Source of the DNA: a virus
IMG/VR virus record: IMGVR_UViG_3300029429_000001
Location: 29,965 to 93,964 of that record
Reading direction: 5' to 3' (one strand)
DNA: 64,000 bases
Under the pieces are notes generated by a model, which saw nothing but the letters and a program-made list of their open reading frames with translations, had not been told where the DNA came from and did no database searches. Shown in pieces: positions 38,347 through 48,027 of this stretch (positions are counted from its first letter, which is position 1; each line of letters begins with the position of its first letter). The position numbers and the translations under genes are program-made.

Positions 38347-38393
38347 ATGCTAGCGGTATCTGCAGGGGGGAATTGAACCGGCGAAAGTGTGTT
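38347..38393 (-). promoter_or_regulatory. putative late promoter (956-aa gene and darB)
   Basis: AACACACTTTCG-N29-TAGCAT. Confidence 0.8.
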
Positions 38394-38439
38394 TCTTACA
38401 GGCATAAAAAAACCCCTTTCGGGGTCGCTTAAATAGCCT

Positions 38440-38697
38440 TTAATTTCTCCGGGCCAGATCGGTGATTAACCCGACAGCAGAGTTTAAATCATGACCACCT
38501 TGGGGCTCATCGCATACCGCAATAAGGTATTGCCCTGCCCCCTTGGTAACGATCGCAAGCGCCAGGCTATCAGCCGTTAATCGCTCGCCATTTTCAGACA
38601 CGATAACGCCTTCAATGCCGGCGCTATCCAGGGCAGCTTTTAAACGCTGGCCATCTTTTGCATACTCTTCATTTGAAACAGTCATAACAGAATCCAT
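38440..38697 (-). CDS. hypothetical protein
   Basis: ORF between two CCCC-GAAA-GGGG hairpins. Confidence 0.55.
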   Translation of the reverse strand: MDSVMTVSNEEYAKDGQRLKAALDSAGIEGVIVSENGERLTADSLALAIVTKGAGQYLIAVCDEPQGGHDLNSAVGLITDLARRN

Positions 38698-38719
38698 GAG
38701 CCCCTTTCGGGGCTTCTTA

Positions 38720-39037
38720 TTAAGCGGCCATATTGGCCTTGTAGTAATCGATTACAGGCTGTTTGATCTGGTCCACAGTGCCCTCCTCCTTTTTGACGAT
38801 ATCCTCTACCAGTTCGATAAAGGGTACCGGGTCATAATGGGTAAACTTACCCGCCAGCAACTCATCAAGACGGGTCAACACCTTGTCAACTTTAGCCTTC
38901 AAAGCCGCCAGCGCATCCATCATGGTTTTTTGCAGGGTACGGCGCTCCTTACGAACTACCCCAGGGACCACTAGGGCCTCCAGGGAGTTCATAACTACTT
39001 TCTGGTGTGCACGTCTCTCTTTCCTGGATAAGGCCAT
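38720..39037 (-). CDS. hxr: P1 Hxr-like protein
   Basis: LLAGKF...FI..V...DQIKQ....KAN.AA C-terminus; position after ddrB. Confidence 0.6.
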   Translation of the reverse strand: MALSRKERRAHQKVVMNSLEALVVPGVVRKERRTLQKTMMDALAALKAKVDKVLTRLDELLAGKFTHYDPVPFIELVEDIVKKEEGTVDQIKQPVIDYYKANMAA

Positions 39038-42000
39038 TACAGACTCCCCGCGGCTGCCGATAACAACTCAGTTAGCTTGTCAGTAGCCTGGTTCAATAGA
39101 TCATCAAACTCTTCAACGCGGCCGGCCTTTTCCAGGACCTCTTCCACTTCCTCCAGGATCTTGTCAAATTCAACGTGGTCGGTTTCTTCACCAGCAACCA
39201 AACCGTTTAATTGATCGATTGCCACCTGCTCAGGGTTTTGGGTTTCAGGATCAACCACCGGGGCCGACTCAGAGCCTTTTAGCTTTTCAAGTAAAACCTT
39301 CACCGGCTTCCCTTCCATTCTTGAAATTTGAGCGCCAAGTACTCCGGCTAATTTTTCCAGGTCCGGGTAATCCTCTCGATATGTGTCAGCATAATCATTG
39401 TCAATTAGCGCAGCATCGACAATCTGCCTTAAGGTTGCAGGGACAACCACAATCGCATTGTCATCAAAATTATTTGAGATCATTTTAATGGCTGGACCGT
39501 CTGTTCTTGGGTCTATTGCTACCCAATACTGGCCTCTTGGCCCTGGCCCTGTAGCGTAATCATCACCAACTAGCGGTCTAGGCGCATTGAAAAGAATCCA
39601 ATCCTTATTTAGACCATCAGGAATTTCTGATTCATAAATACCGTCAGCATCAAGTATTTGCTGATAGGTATTTAATGCGGCATGGCCAGGCTCGGGATTA
39701 ACCTCAGGTACCGGCTCAGGGACCACCTCAGGCTCCGGAGCTCCACCGGTCAATAGGTCCGGCTGCATATCATCGCTGCCGAAATTTACATCAAGCTTGG
39801 TACCCACACGGTTTAAGATATCGGATAACGTAACCGGTACCGGCTCGCCAAACATATCGGCTACTGCCAGGCGGTTTCTAATCAGCTCAGCATTCACCTC
39901 AAGTGCCATTAATTTAAAGGCCTCAGCAAGGCGGGCAGATGAACGGCCGTTTTCGCTAATGAATATGGCCAGTGCTGCAGTGCTCGGATCAATATCACCA
40001 AACAAGCCCTGTTGCTTAATCAATTCCTTAATATCGTGCCCATCACGACGTGCCTGGCGTATCAGCTCAGTGGCGCCAGTAAGGGCCGACATAGCTTCCT
40101 GGTCTAAGCTCGTTTCAATACCATCAGCTAGGCCTGAACCCATTTGATCGGCCGCGTCTGCAGACAGTGCACGCATCTCAATGAAAGCCGGCGCAGCGTT
40201 ATTCATGGCCTTGATAATGTTCTTTTGCTCATCGGTTGTTTCTTCAACAGACAAAGCAATTAAACGCTCATCATTAAAGGCCTTGGCAAAAACAGCCGCT
40301 TGCATACGGATCTGGGCAGCCTGGTTAGGTTGGCCATCCGCAGTCATTAATGAGCTCGCATCATTGCCGCCGATCGCTTGCATAAACTTGCTAACAAACG
40401 AACGGTTTGAAGCCGCCAGCAGATCGCCAGATTCACTAGGCTCAAAAACATACATCATGGCATCGTCAATGGCTTGGGCATCCGTCTTGGCAGTTTCAAG
40501 TGGGCTCATTGCCTGCAGGTCCGATTTGTTTGCTTCCTTGGCAAATTGAACACGATCAAGCTCAGTGATACGTTCGCGCACCAGGATTGGGTCCTCCATT
40601 CCTTCGATCATTTCAGCTTTTAAACCAAACTTGGCAGCGTTAGCAATTATCCAGGCGCGATACTCGTCTGCATTGCCTTCCTTGTATGCTTTTTTAATGG
40701 CCATGGTACGGCCGTTGCCAGATTCCACGGCATTATCACCGCCAACGATCGGAGCACCCTGAGAGGCATTCACACTGTCGCCAAGGTGCTTAGGCTTAAG
40801 ATTGGTCGAGATGGTTTGCACTTGAGCAATGCTGCCGGCGCGTGTGCGATCGCGAGGCTGTAATTCGCTTGGGAATTCCGGGTTAATGGTGCCGTCGGTA
40901 TTGTTTGAGGCCTTCAGCTTTTTAGCTTCGATCACCTTAAACTTGGTATCCACTTCGGTACCCATGGCGGTATCAACCTGGCTAAGTGCGCCCAATGGAG
41001 TCTCATAGCGAGGACCCGCGGCCACCTTAGGGCTTTGCAGTTCGCTAACTTGCTCGATAACACCATCAAGATCAAAAATGTCAGTACTAAAGCCTGCACC
41101 TGTAATCATGTACTTACCGCTACCCTGGGGAATGATTTTTAAATCATTCAACTGAGGCAGTTCAATAGAATTACCCAACAAGGCCTCTTGTACCTGCAGG
41201 CCTTCCGCCTTAAGAGCTTTAACCAGGGCTGTATTATCGGTACCGCCGAATCCAGTCTCAGGCTTTTTGCTAGCCAGCTTTTTAAAGCCAAACTTACCAA
41301 TAATATCCAAGATAGATAACCCCTTAGGATCGCCGCCGTAATCCTGATCATAAAGCAGCTCACCTTTAATTTGCCCCTCAGCTGTGAAACGGGTCTTGCC
41401 ATCATTACCGGCAGGTCGGAAATTAATCTCATTTTCCCCCTCGCCCACAACGTAAAGACTATTTTCCATAATCGTTACATGACGAACGGCTGCAAACTTT
41501 TCGATAGTAGCGGCATCAAGCTCCATTTTTTGATTCCGACTTTCTTTTTCTGCCTTAGCTTTATCCTTCTCAGGCGTAGCCACAGCCAGCATCTCTTCAG
41601 CCTTTGTAATCAAGTCATCAACATCAACACCAGGTTCAGTTAAATCAAATTCAACTTTAGTTTCGCCAGCCTTAATACTGAAAATAGGCACAGGGAACAT
41701 ATCGCCCTGGTACTTAACCAATACGCCGGCATTAAACGCCATGGCATCGCCGCCAACATACTGATCACGTTCGCCACTGGTCATGGAAAAACCAATTTCA
41801 TCTAACTGGTTCATTACCTGGATGTACAGATACTCGAAAATGGTTTCCGTGTACTGAATGAAATCTCTATTCGCCATGTAACCAGCGAAAGACATACCGG
41901 CCTTGCGAGCCTTGGCTAAATCATTCATCACCTCTTCAGGTAATTCTAGGTCCTGTATCGGTCCAGGAATTAAAGACATATCAAGCTCTACATCCTCGCC

Positions 42001-44019
42001 TTCACGCTCCTCAATAAACACAACCCGGGCCCCTTGGGACAGTAGGGTTAACTCTAAGCTTTGCCCTTTAGGCATTGTTAACTGATATACATGCGAGTTA
42101 TTGCGAGGGTTAGAATGGAATGACGCTGAATTTTCTTGCAGTACTGGGTATGCCCAGGCGATATTGCCCTGGCTAAGTACAGCAGGTAGCGCTAAATCCA
42201 AAGCTTCCCAGGCGCCGGTAGAGGAATCAAAACTGCCTTCTCTTTTAGCCTGGTTTGGTAAACCCTTGATCCATGCAACAAGCTCAGCCTCGCGAGATCC
42301 AGCCTCACCGCCTTCACCATCCGTATCAATACCCTTAATCTGGCCTAGTGTTTTAGGGGTCCAGTAAAGATCGATTTCAAAAGAAGGGCTATTCACCATC
42401 TCTTCAATTGAGATATAACCAAGCTCAGCACCCTGCCCCAGATTACCCAAACCAAAGGCCTGCTTAACGCCGCCTTCTACATCCTTCTCAGTGATATGGC
42501 GATCTATTGAGCTGGAGAAATAGTGAAGGTATGCCACGGCTTTATCGCCCATACCATCCTGGCCATACGTCTCAGGCATGCCATCGATGGTAGCCTTGAG
42601 TTCAAGCATTTTTTCAGCCATACCCTCGCGCTCATCACCTTTACGGAGCATATCCGCAATAACCGGGCGCTGGCCCTTTGGTATAAAGTGCATGATCGCC
42701 AGCATGGCATCCTTGCCCTTTTGGACCACGCTTTTTTCTTCCGGCTTATCACCATTAGAGGCTGGCTTGGCCTGGAGATTCAGCCTGGCCAGGTCTTCCT
42801 GGTAAACCTTGTCCATGCCGGCGATTGGCTTCACGGTGCCTATTAATTTGTGATCTGGATGGGGCGCGTCTATGCGTTTTTCTAGGTTGGCGTAAGAACC
42901 GCCGACGTTACTTAACCAAACAGTTTCGCCGTCGCTATCCAGGTCCACCAACTTAACCTTTTCGTTCATCCACTTGTGGGTGTACTCAATTTCTAGGGTG
43001 CTGTCCTCGCGCTCTTCTGCCCAGAGTCTAAAATCCAAGTCATGAAAGCGAGCGGCGCCGATATTATCAGCAGCTTTGGCCAGAGAGGTTTTGATCTGGT
43101 ATGCAATCTCTTCGTCGTGCCCCGAATTCTCTTCAATAAACTTGGCAAAACCAGGGCGCATATCGGCCGGTACCGTAGACAATAAGAATACTACGTCCGG
43201 GTTTTGCAGCATTTTAACGGTGCCGTTTTTAATGCCGTGTCGGTGCATATAACTGGCGATGGCTTTTTCATATTGGGCCACGTCGCCAGCAGCCCCAGGC
43301 AAGCGTCCTAAAATAGCGTCAACCTCGGCTAATTCATCCGGAGACATTTTGCCCTCAGCTTTCAGGGTTTTAAGCTCGTTAATCGAATAGGCCGGGATTT
43401 TACCCAGTACGTCCGGCTCACCACCTTGAGATTCAATGTAAGCTTCCATCTCGGCAGATAACCCTTTCTGGGCAGCAAAGCCACGCCACTTTTCAAGGTT
43501 GGCAAAGTGCATAGAAATACTGCGGAAATTCTCATTGAAAATTTGCGCGGCATCCATGCTATTACTGCCCCGAATATCGATAGCATTCTGCAATGAACTG
43601 GCAATGGTGCCTAAGGCCTGCAGGGTATTATCAATTTTTACTTTTATGCCCTTGGGAATATCGGCCTCCGGAGCAACTTCAGGAAAACGGCTAGCGTAAA
43701 TCTGGCCAATCATATCAAGCTGCAATTCGTACTTTTGCGGCAGTGTGCCGGCAGCCTTGGCGCCGTTTAATAAGTCCAGCGCAGCCTTGAGCTCTTCCTG
43801 AGATACCTTGTAAGAATTGATAGTGGCCGCGGCATCGATCGCAACCAGGTTATCATTGCCACCCACAACAGTAAGCCCTGGCTTGCCGGCGAGCTCTGCT
43901 TTCATTCCATCTATTTCAATCTGAATTTTTGCTTTAGTATCTTCATCAGTTACTTCTAACTTCCGATCACTAAATGTCTTAATATTTTTTAATAAATCTA
44001 ACTTACTTTTACGATCCAC
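39037..44019 (-). CDS. ddrB: DdrB-like polyvalent protein (DUF2958-like domain plus ddrB-ParB domain)
   Basis: LQPRDRTR...GAPIVG...VESGNGRTMAI; LHYF...QAFGL...ELGYISIEE...DLYW. Start is GTG 44019 or 44058. Confidence 0.8.
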   Translation of the reverse strand: MDRKSKLDLLKNIKTFSDRKLEVTDEDTKAKIQIEIDGMKAELAGKPGLTVVGGNDNLVAIDAAATINSYKVSQEELKAALDLLNGAKAAGTLPQKYELQLDMIGQIYASRFPEVAPEADIPKGIKVKIDNTLQALGTIASSLQNAIDIRGSNSMDAAQIFNENFRSISMHFANLEKWRGFAAQKGLSAEMEAYIESQGGEPDVLGKIPAYSINELKTLKAEGKMSPDELAEVDAILGRLPGAAGDVAQYEKAIASYMHRHGIKNGTVKMLQNPDVVFLLSTVPADMRPGFAKFIEENSGHDEEIAYQIKTSLAKAADNIGAARFHDLDFRLWAEEREDSTLEIEYTHKWMNEKVKLVDLDSDGETVWLSNVGGSYANLEKRIDAPHPDHKLIGTVKPIAGMDKVYQEDLARLNLQAKPASNGDKPEEKSVVQKGKDAMLAIMHFIPKGQRPVIADMLRKGDEREGMAEKMLELKATIDGMPETYGQDGMGDKAVAYLHYFSSSIDRHITEKDVEGGVKQAFGLGNLGQGAELGYISIEEMVNSPSFEIDLYWTPKTLGQIKGIDTDGEGGEAGSREAELVAWIKGLPNQAKREGSFDSSTGAWEALDLALPAVLSQGNIAWAYPVLQENSASFHSNPRNNSHVYQLTMPKGQSLELTLLSQGARVVFIEEREGEDVELDMSLIPGPIQDLELPEEVMNDLAKARKAGMSFAGYMANRDFIQYTETIFEYLYIQVMNQLDEIGFSMTSGERDQYVGGDAMAFNAGVLVKYQGDMFPVPIFSIKAGETKVEFDLTEPGVDVDDLITKAEEMLAVATPEKDKAKAEKESRNQKMELDAATIEKFAAVRHVTIMENSLYVVGEGENEINFRPAGNDGKTRFTAEGQIKGELLYDQDYGGDPKGLSILDIIGKFGFKKLASKKPETGFGGTDNTALVKALKAEGLQVQEALLGNSIELPQLNDLKIIPQGSGKYMITGAGFSTDIFDLDGVIEQVSELQSPKVAAGPRYETPLGALSQVDTAMGTEVDTKFKVIEAKKLKASNNTDGTINPEFPSELQPRDRTRAGSIAQVQTISTNLKPKHLGDSVNASQGAPIVGGDNAVESGNGRTMAIKKAYKEGNADEYRAWIIANAAKFGLKAEMIEGMEDPILVRERITELDRVQFAKEANKSDLQAMSPLETAKTDAQAIDDAMMYVFEPSESGDLLAASNRSFVSKFMQAIGGNDASSLMTADGQPNQAAQIRMQAAVFAKAFNDERLIALSVEETTDEQKNIIKAMNNAAPAFIEMRALSADAADQMGSGLADGIETSLDQEAMSALTGATELIRQARRDGHDIKELIKQQGLFGDIDPSTAALAIFISENGRSSARLAEAFKLMALEVNAELIRNRLAVADMFGEPVPVTLSDILNRVGTKLDVNFGSDDMQPDLLTGGAPEPEVVPEPVPEVNPEPGHAALNTYQQILDADGIYESEIPDGLNKDWILFNAPRPLVGDDYATGPGPRGQYWVAIDPRTDGPAIKMISNNFDDNAIVVVPATLRQIVDAALIDNDYADTYREDYPDLEKLAGVLGAQISRMEGKPVKVLLEKLKGSESAPVVDPETQNPEQVAIDQLNGLVAGEETDHVEFDKILEEVEEVLEKAGRVEEFDDLLNQATDKLTELLSAAAGSL

Positions 44020-44079
44020 AATAAAACCCTTATAAATACAGTGTAAAAGGTCGCGCACATATCGGCGCGACCGGACAAA

Positions 44080-46050
44080 TTAAAGTTTTTCAACTATGTA
44101 ATTAAATAATTTGTCCCATGCCTCGCCCACTTCACCATCAACATCGGCAACAGCTCTTAGTCGCTCCAGCAATGTCATTTGGTTTTCATACTGCCAGCTA
44201 GCCGCTTCCTTCAGCTGCCAAAGACTGGCCACCTTGGGACCATCTATTTCATACCAACGGTTCATTGCGTTCTCTGCGTAGCGCAGTGCATCGTCAGCCT
44301 TTTCAAGATCGTCTTTGGTAGCTTTGTAGCAGAATGAAGCGATTAGCTTGTTAGCGGGCTCTACCAGGCTTTGGATCATATCTACCCGTGCAAACTCATC
44401 GTTTGAATAGCCTGATCTTTCAGTGCGAAAAATCACGGTATCGATAAGGTCCCGGTACTCTTTAAGCGCAAGCTCTTCAGTGCCCTCTTTGCCCCAATCG
44501 AAAATATCTTCACCATATTTCTTAGCGAAAATAGTTTTCATTTTAGTGCGCAGCTTCCACACGCCATTGCCGCCAGCGATAACCTGCTTAGGCGCCATAT
44601 CCCCATACTCCTGGATGAAATCCAGTGCACGGTCCACAGCATTAAATTGGCCGGCTTTGTGAGCTCGCTTGATCGCTTTCACGATATACCCGGAGTACAT
44701 GGATCTGGGGTATTCACCCTCGGCTCCGGTATCCGTTAGATAAACCTGCATAAAGTTATCAGCCATTATCTTGGCAAGAACAGCCCAGCCGGCCATATCG
44801 GTAGCCTCTTGGACACGTTCGATAAACTTAAGCAGCATCGGTTTATCTATATCAAGATTGCCCACCATCTTTCCCTGGACCGTCTCGTTTTCATTGAGCT
44901 CCCGGGTAACATTTTGGCCCTTGGCCAGGCTTTCTATATCTTGATTGGCCGATTGCCAGTTTTTACCTAACAGCATGTTCAGCAGGTTTTCACCGGCCGT
45001 TGTCAGCTTGTTTTTATTTAGGTATTTGGCGTCTGTGTTTAGCTGGTCCCGTACCGCGTCAAAATCAGATAGGCCTAGCTTGCGGGCTTTTTCTTTGCGG
45101 AACTTTGCGGTAGTGGTGCCAGTAATAAACAAGGCGATGAATTGCACGACGGTCATGCCCATAGCTTCCAGGCGCGCCATGATAGATTTCTCATCTTTCA
45201 CATCGGGCTCAGGGTCCGGTACCACTTTGGCCTTGGCGTCTTCGACTCGTTTCTGCAGATCCGCCAGCTGTTTGGTCAGTTCATCATTAAGGTCATAGGC
45301 CACGTCAATGCGTCGGTCGCTATCTAACTTAAAGTTCTTATTCCACTCAGTGGATTCGTCTTTATCAGCAATAGATTTCTCTAAATCGCCAATTTCATTG
45401 CCCAGGCTAACTTTTTGCTCTTGAGCACTGGCCAGGGCTTCTTTATCTGATGCCATGCCTTCTTGGCGCTCAGTAAACTTAGCTGTATTGGCCGCTACTA
45501 GCTGAGCAACGCGATTACCTAAAGTATTAAGGGCAATGTCCACCAGGCCGTTATTGTCCGTCTCAGGACTCATCCAGGCCGTAACGTCGCGAGAGTTCAA
45601 TAACCAACGAAAACCAATCAAGGTATCGTCTTTGGTGATTTTTTCGGGATCACCATCGGGCGCGTGAAATACCACACTGATTGACTGGCCATCCGACAAC
45701 GGGAACTTAACCGTTAACGTACCGATCATGCCGTTTTTACGAGGCTTGCCTATTTCTGGCTCCAGGACTTTGATTGCAGGTCCCGCTTTACCCATAGAGG
45801 TATTAAAGGCGCGCTGCAGGGCTCGCATTTTTCGGCTTAATCGAGAATTTTCTACCACGATGGAATCGAGAATAAACTGGTGCATGAGCTCGCCACCAAA
45901 GGCGCTATCCAAAACATCCAGGGAATTATCTTCAAACGCTGCGTGCGGGTCATCGCCCTCAGACATTGCCGCGGTGAATGCCGCTATATGCTCCGGAGAA
46001 AACCCAACATTAGGGCCGTCTACAAAGTTGTTAATTTTTAAACCTTTCAC
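44080..46050 (-). CDS. darA: DarA anti-restriction/head protein
   Basis: DarA_N motif LSDGQSISVVFHAPDGDP..I...DTLIGFRWLLNSRDVT. Confidence 0.88.
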   Translation of the reverse strand: MKGLKINNFVDGPNVGFSPEHIAAFTAAMSEGDDPHAAFEDNSLDVLDSAFGGELMHQFILDSIVVENSRLSRKMRALQRAFNTSMGKAGPAIKVLEPEIGKPRKNGMIGTLTVKFPLSDGQSISVVFHAPDGDPEKITKDDTLIGFRWLLNSRDVTAWMSPETDNNGLVDIALNTLGNRVAQLVAANTAKFTERQEGMASDKEALASAQEQKVSLGNEIGDLEKSIADKDESTEWNKNFKLDSDRRIDVAYDLNDELTKQLADLQKRVEDAKAKVVPDPEPDVKDEKSIMARLEAMGMTVVQFIALFITGTTTAKFRKEKARKLGLSDFDAVRDQLNTDAKYLNKNKLTTAGENLLNMLLGKNWQSANQDIESLAKGQNVTRELNENETVQGKMVGNLDIDKPMLLKFIERVQEATDMAGWAVLAKIMADNFMQVYLTDTGAEGEYPRSMYSGYIVKAIKRAHKAGQFNAVDRALDFIQEYGDMAPKQVIAGGNGVWKLRTKMKTIFAKKYGEDIFDWGKEGTEELALKEYRDLIDTVIFRTERSGYSNDEFARVDMIQSLVEPANKLIASFCYKATKDDLEKADDALRYAENAMNRWYEIDGPKVASLWQLKEAASWQYENQMTLLERLRAVADVDGEVGEAWDKLFNYIVEKL

Positions 46051-46664
46051 AGTGTGTCCTCCAGGGCGTCTATCTGGCTGTATAGCGAATCGTTATTTGC
46101 TTGAATATTCCTAAGGGAGGTATCACTGCTACGTTTTGAGTACATGGCGTCCTCAAGATTCAGCCTCGCCGCCGTCTCCTTCTCCACCAGCTCCTCTTTA
46201 CGGGCTAATAGTGGGGCAATGCTGGCGGTTAGGTCTTCAAGTCGCTTGCGCACGGTCAGGGCACGTTTACGAGGCGTAGAAGTGGTTTTTTCCTGCTTCT
46301 CAGCAAGCTTGGCTAGTTTCTCATCGAATTTGGGCTGATTTTTACGGACCATGGCGGCCAATTCTTTGGCTATGGACGTGATATCGCCCTTAGCCCGGAG
46401 TGGCACCACGCGATTATTCAGACGAACCTGGAATACCGCCCCTTGCGCCGTCACCTGGAGCATTATGGTTTGGCCATTGCGCAAAATTATCAGCGCTTTT
46501 TTAGTCTGGACCCCACTTGCCCGGGTTGGCTTGTTGGACCCCTCGACTCCGATCACACCAATTTTATGGCGTTTTAATGCTTTAACGAGTGGTTCTAAGC
46601 CAGTTTCATTAAACTGATCATAGTCCCACTTCGCATACGATTCTCTTGGCATGAGTGCCCCCAA
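46047..46664 (-). CDS. hdf: Hdf (homologue of DarA fragment)
   Basis: DYDQFNETGL, SGVQTK, GQTI.LQV..QGAVFQVRLNNRVVP; immediately upstream of darA. Confidence 0.8.
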   Translation of the reverse strand: MGALMPRESYAKWDYDQFNETGLEPLVKALKRHKIGVIGVEGSNKPTRASGVQTKKALIILRNGQTIMLQVTAQGAVFQVRLNNRVVPLRAKGDITSIAKELAAMVRKNQPKFDEKLAKLAEKQEKTTSTPRKRALTVRKRLEDLTASIAPLLARKEELVEKETAARLNLEDAMYSKRSSDTSLRNIQANNDSLYSQIDALEDTL

Positions 46665-46680
46665 ATTTAATTACCAGGGG

Positions 46681-46727
46681 AGTCTATGGGATAGGCTAGG
46701 CGGGAAATGAACCGTTGAAAGTGTGTT
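46681..46727 (-). promoter_or_regulatory. putative late promoter (hdf-darA operon)
   Basis: AACACACTTTCA-N29-TAGACT. Confidence 0.8.
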
Positions 46728-46741
46728 AAGTGGGGATATGT

Positions 46742-46874
46742 AAAACGCTCAGAAATACAGAAAAGATTCAGGAATATGAAAAACGCTCAGGAATACGAAA
46801 AAGGTTCAGAAATATGAAATTTACTTAGAAATATGGGATTCACTTAAAAATATGAAAATCGCTTAAAAATATAG
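46742..46874. repeat. seven tandem degenerate 19-bp repeats
   Basis: Units at 46742, 46761, 46780, 46799, 46818, 46837, 46856; consensus about AAAACGCTCAGAAATATGA. Confidence 0.88.
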
Positions 46875-46883
46875 AATTCCCAT

Positions 46884-46920
46884 AAAAAAAGGCAGGCCAG
46901 CGTTGCCGCTAACCTGCCCC
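46884..46920 (-). terminator. intrinsic terminator
   Basis: GGCAGGTTAGCG-GCAA-CGCTGGCCTGCC followed by T7. Confidence 0.75.
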
Positions 46921-46977
46921 CTTCAGGCAGACAAAGACTTTAATCAATACCCATCCTAGACTGATTAAGTTTTACAC

Positions 46978-47370
46978 TTAATTAGCGGCTAATTCAACCT
47001 TAACGCCGGCTAAACCATTTTCTTTATCGCCCCAATAGATTGCATATTCCATGGGTAAATTTTTAGTCTTGCCGGTCGTATCCATTACCGTCACGTCTGC
47101 AGAGCAAGTGCGGATCTCTCGCTTGGTAAGATAATTTGTTTCGGCCACGTTATTTAATTTGCTGGCGGATATTTTAGAGATGGCCAGTACTGGTATCTCA
47201 TTGGCCGATTCAATGGCCAGGCCTTCAATGCCTGAGTGATCACACGCCGGGATTACCAGGGCAGTATTAAACACACCCAATTCATTCGCTTTATAGCCGC
47301 CAATTGCGACAGCAACGACTAGGGAAATCCCCATAATTTGCTTAAACGAGGCTTTCTTTTTATCGGTCAT
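46978..47370 (-). CDS. membrane-anchored periplasmic protein (moron-like)
   Basis: N-terminal TM helix, two Cys; own TGGACA-16-TATAGT promoter and terminator. Confidence 0.65.
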   Translation of the reverse strand: MTDKKKASFKQIMGISLVVAVAIGGYKANELGVFNTALVIPACDHSGIEGLAIESANEIPVLAISKISASKLNNVAETNYLTKREIRTCSADVTVMDTTGKTKNLPMEYAIYWGDKENGLAGVKVELAAN

Positions 47371-47455
47371 TCTTTAACTCCTTGGCATAAATTGCCAAGG
47401 AACTATAACTAACTAAAAAGTACTGTCCAGAGCAAGGCACTGAAAAATATTATTG

Positions 47456-47953
47456 TTAGCCAGTCGTATTGATTGGGAACTCAATATAACAATGCACTTC
47501 GGTACCGGATTCCGGCAGCACAAAGTCCGGCAGTTTAACCAGGGCATGAGATAAATTGCCGTTACTGTCCTCGAGGTAAAGGGTTGATTGGTTGTAAGGG
47601 GCGATGGCCACGCCGTCTGGCATTTCCGCACCAGGAGGCATGACACCACCTACCGTCGCCGGCATAACGCACTTAATCAAAAGCTTACCATTCGACCATT
47701 GCATATCGCTTGGCTGTAAATCGCGAGTGTAAAAAACACCGGTACCATTGCCCAGGTCGCCAGTAAAACCAGGATCGGTTTTTTTGCGCGCCAAGGGCAT
47801 GGCTTGAACGGTTTTAGTTGCCACATCCACCAGCAAGGGCTCATGCCCTAAGTGGAATTTTACGATCTTGTATTGCTCGGAAACTAGGCCGCCCATGGCA
47901 GGGCCCACGCCTTCTACGCAAGCGGTTAAGGTTCGTGCTATTAAGTAACTCAT
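47456..47953 (-). CDS. tail fibre attachment protein, P1 gpR-like (tentative)
   Basis: YKIVKFHLG and PYNQSTLYLEDSNG resemble gpR; has its own late promoter. Confidence 0.45.
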   Translation of the reverse strand: MSYLIARTLTACVEGVGPAMGGLVSEQYKIVKFHLGHEPLLVDVATKTVQAMPLARKKTDPGFTGDLGNGTGVFYTRDLQPSDMQWSNGKLLIKCVMPATVGGVMPPGAEMPDGVAIAPYNQSTLYLEDSNGNLSHALVKLPDFVLPESGTEVHCYIEFPINTTG

Positions 47954-47980
47954 AAGATGGTCTCAGATTAATCTAAGGCC

Positions 47981-48027
47981 ATCCTAGAGAAGTGCTGGCG
48001 GTTCGAGTGAACCCTCGAAAGTGTGTT
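47981..48027 (-). promoter_or_regulatory. putative late promoter
   Basis: AACACACTTTCG-N29-TAGGAT. Confidence 0.8.

Noticed and set aside
1766-38412. Recurring CAGGCAnAAAAA motif (1766, 6511, 15270, 27692, 38400)
   Set aside because: It is the common TTTTTnTGCCTG tail following intrinsic terminators in gammaproteobacteria.
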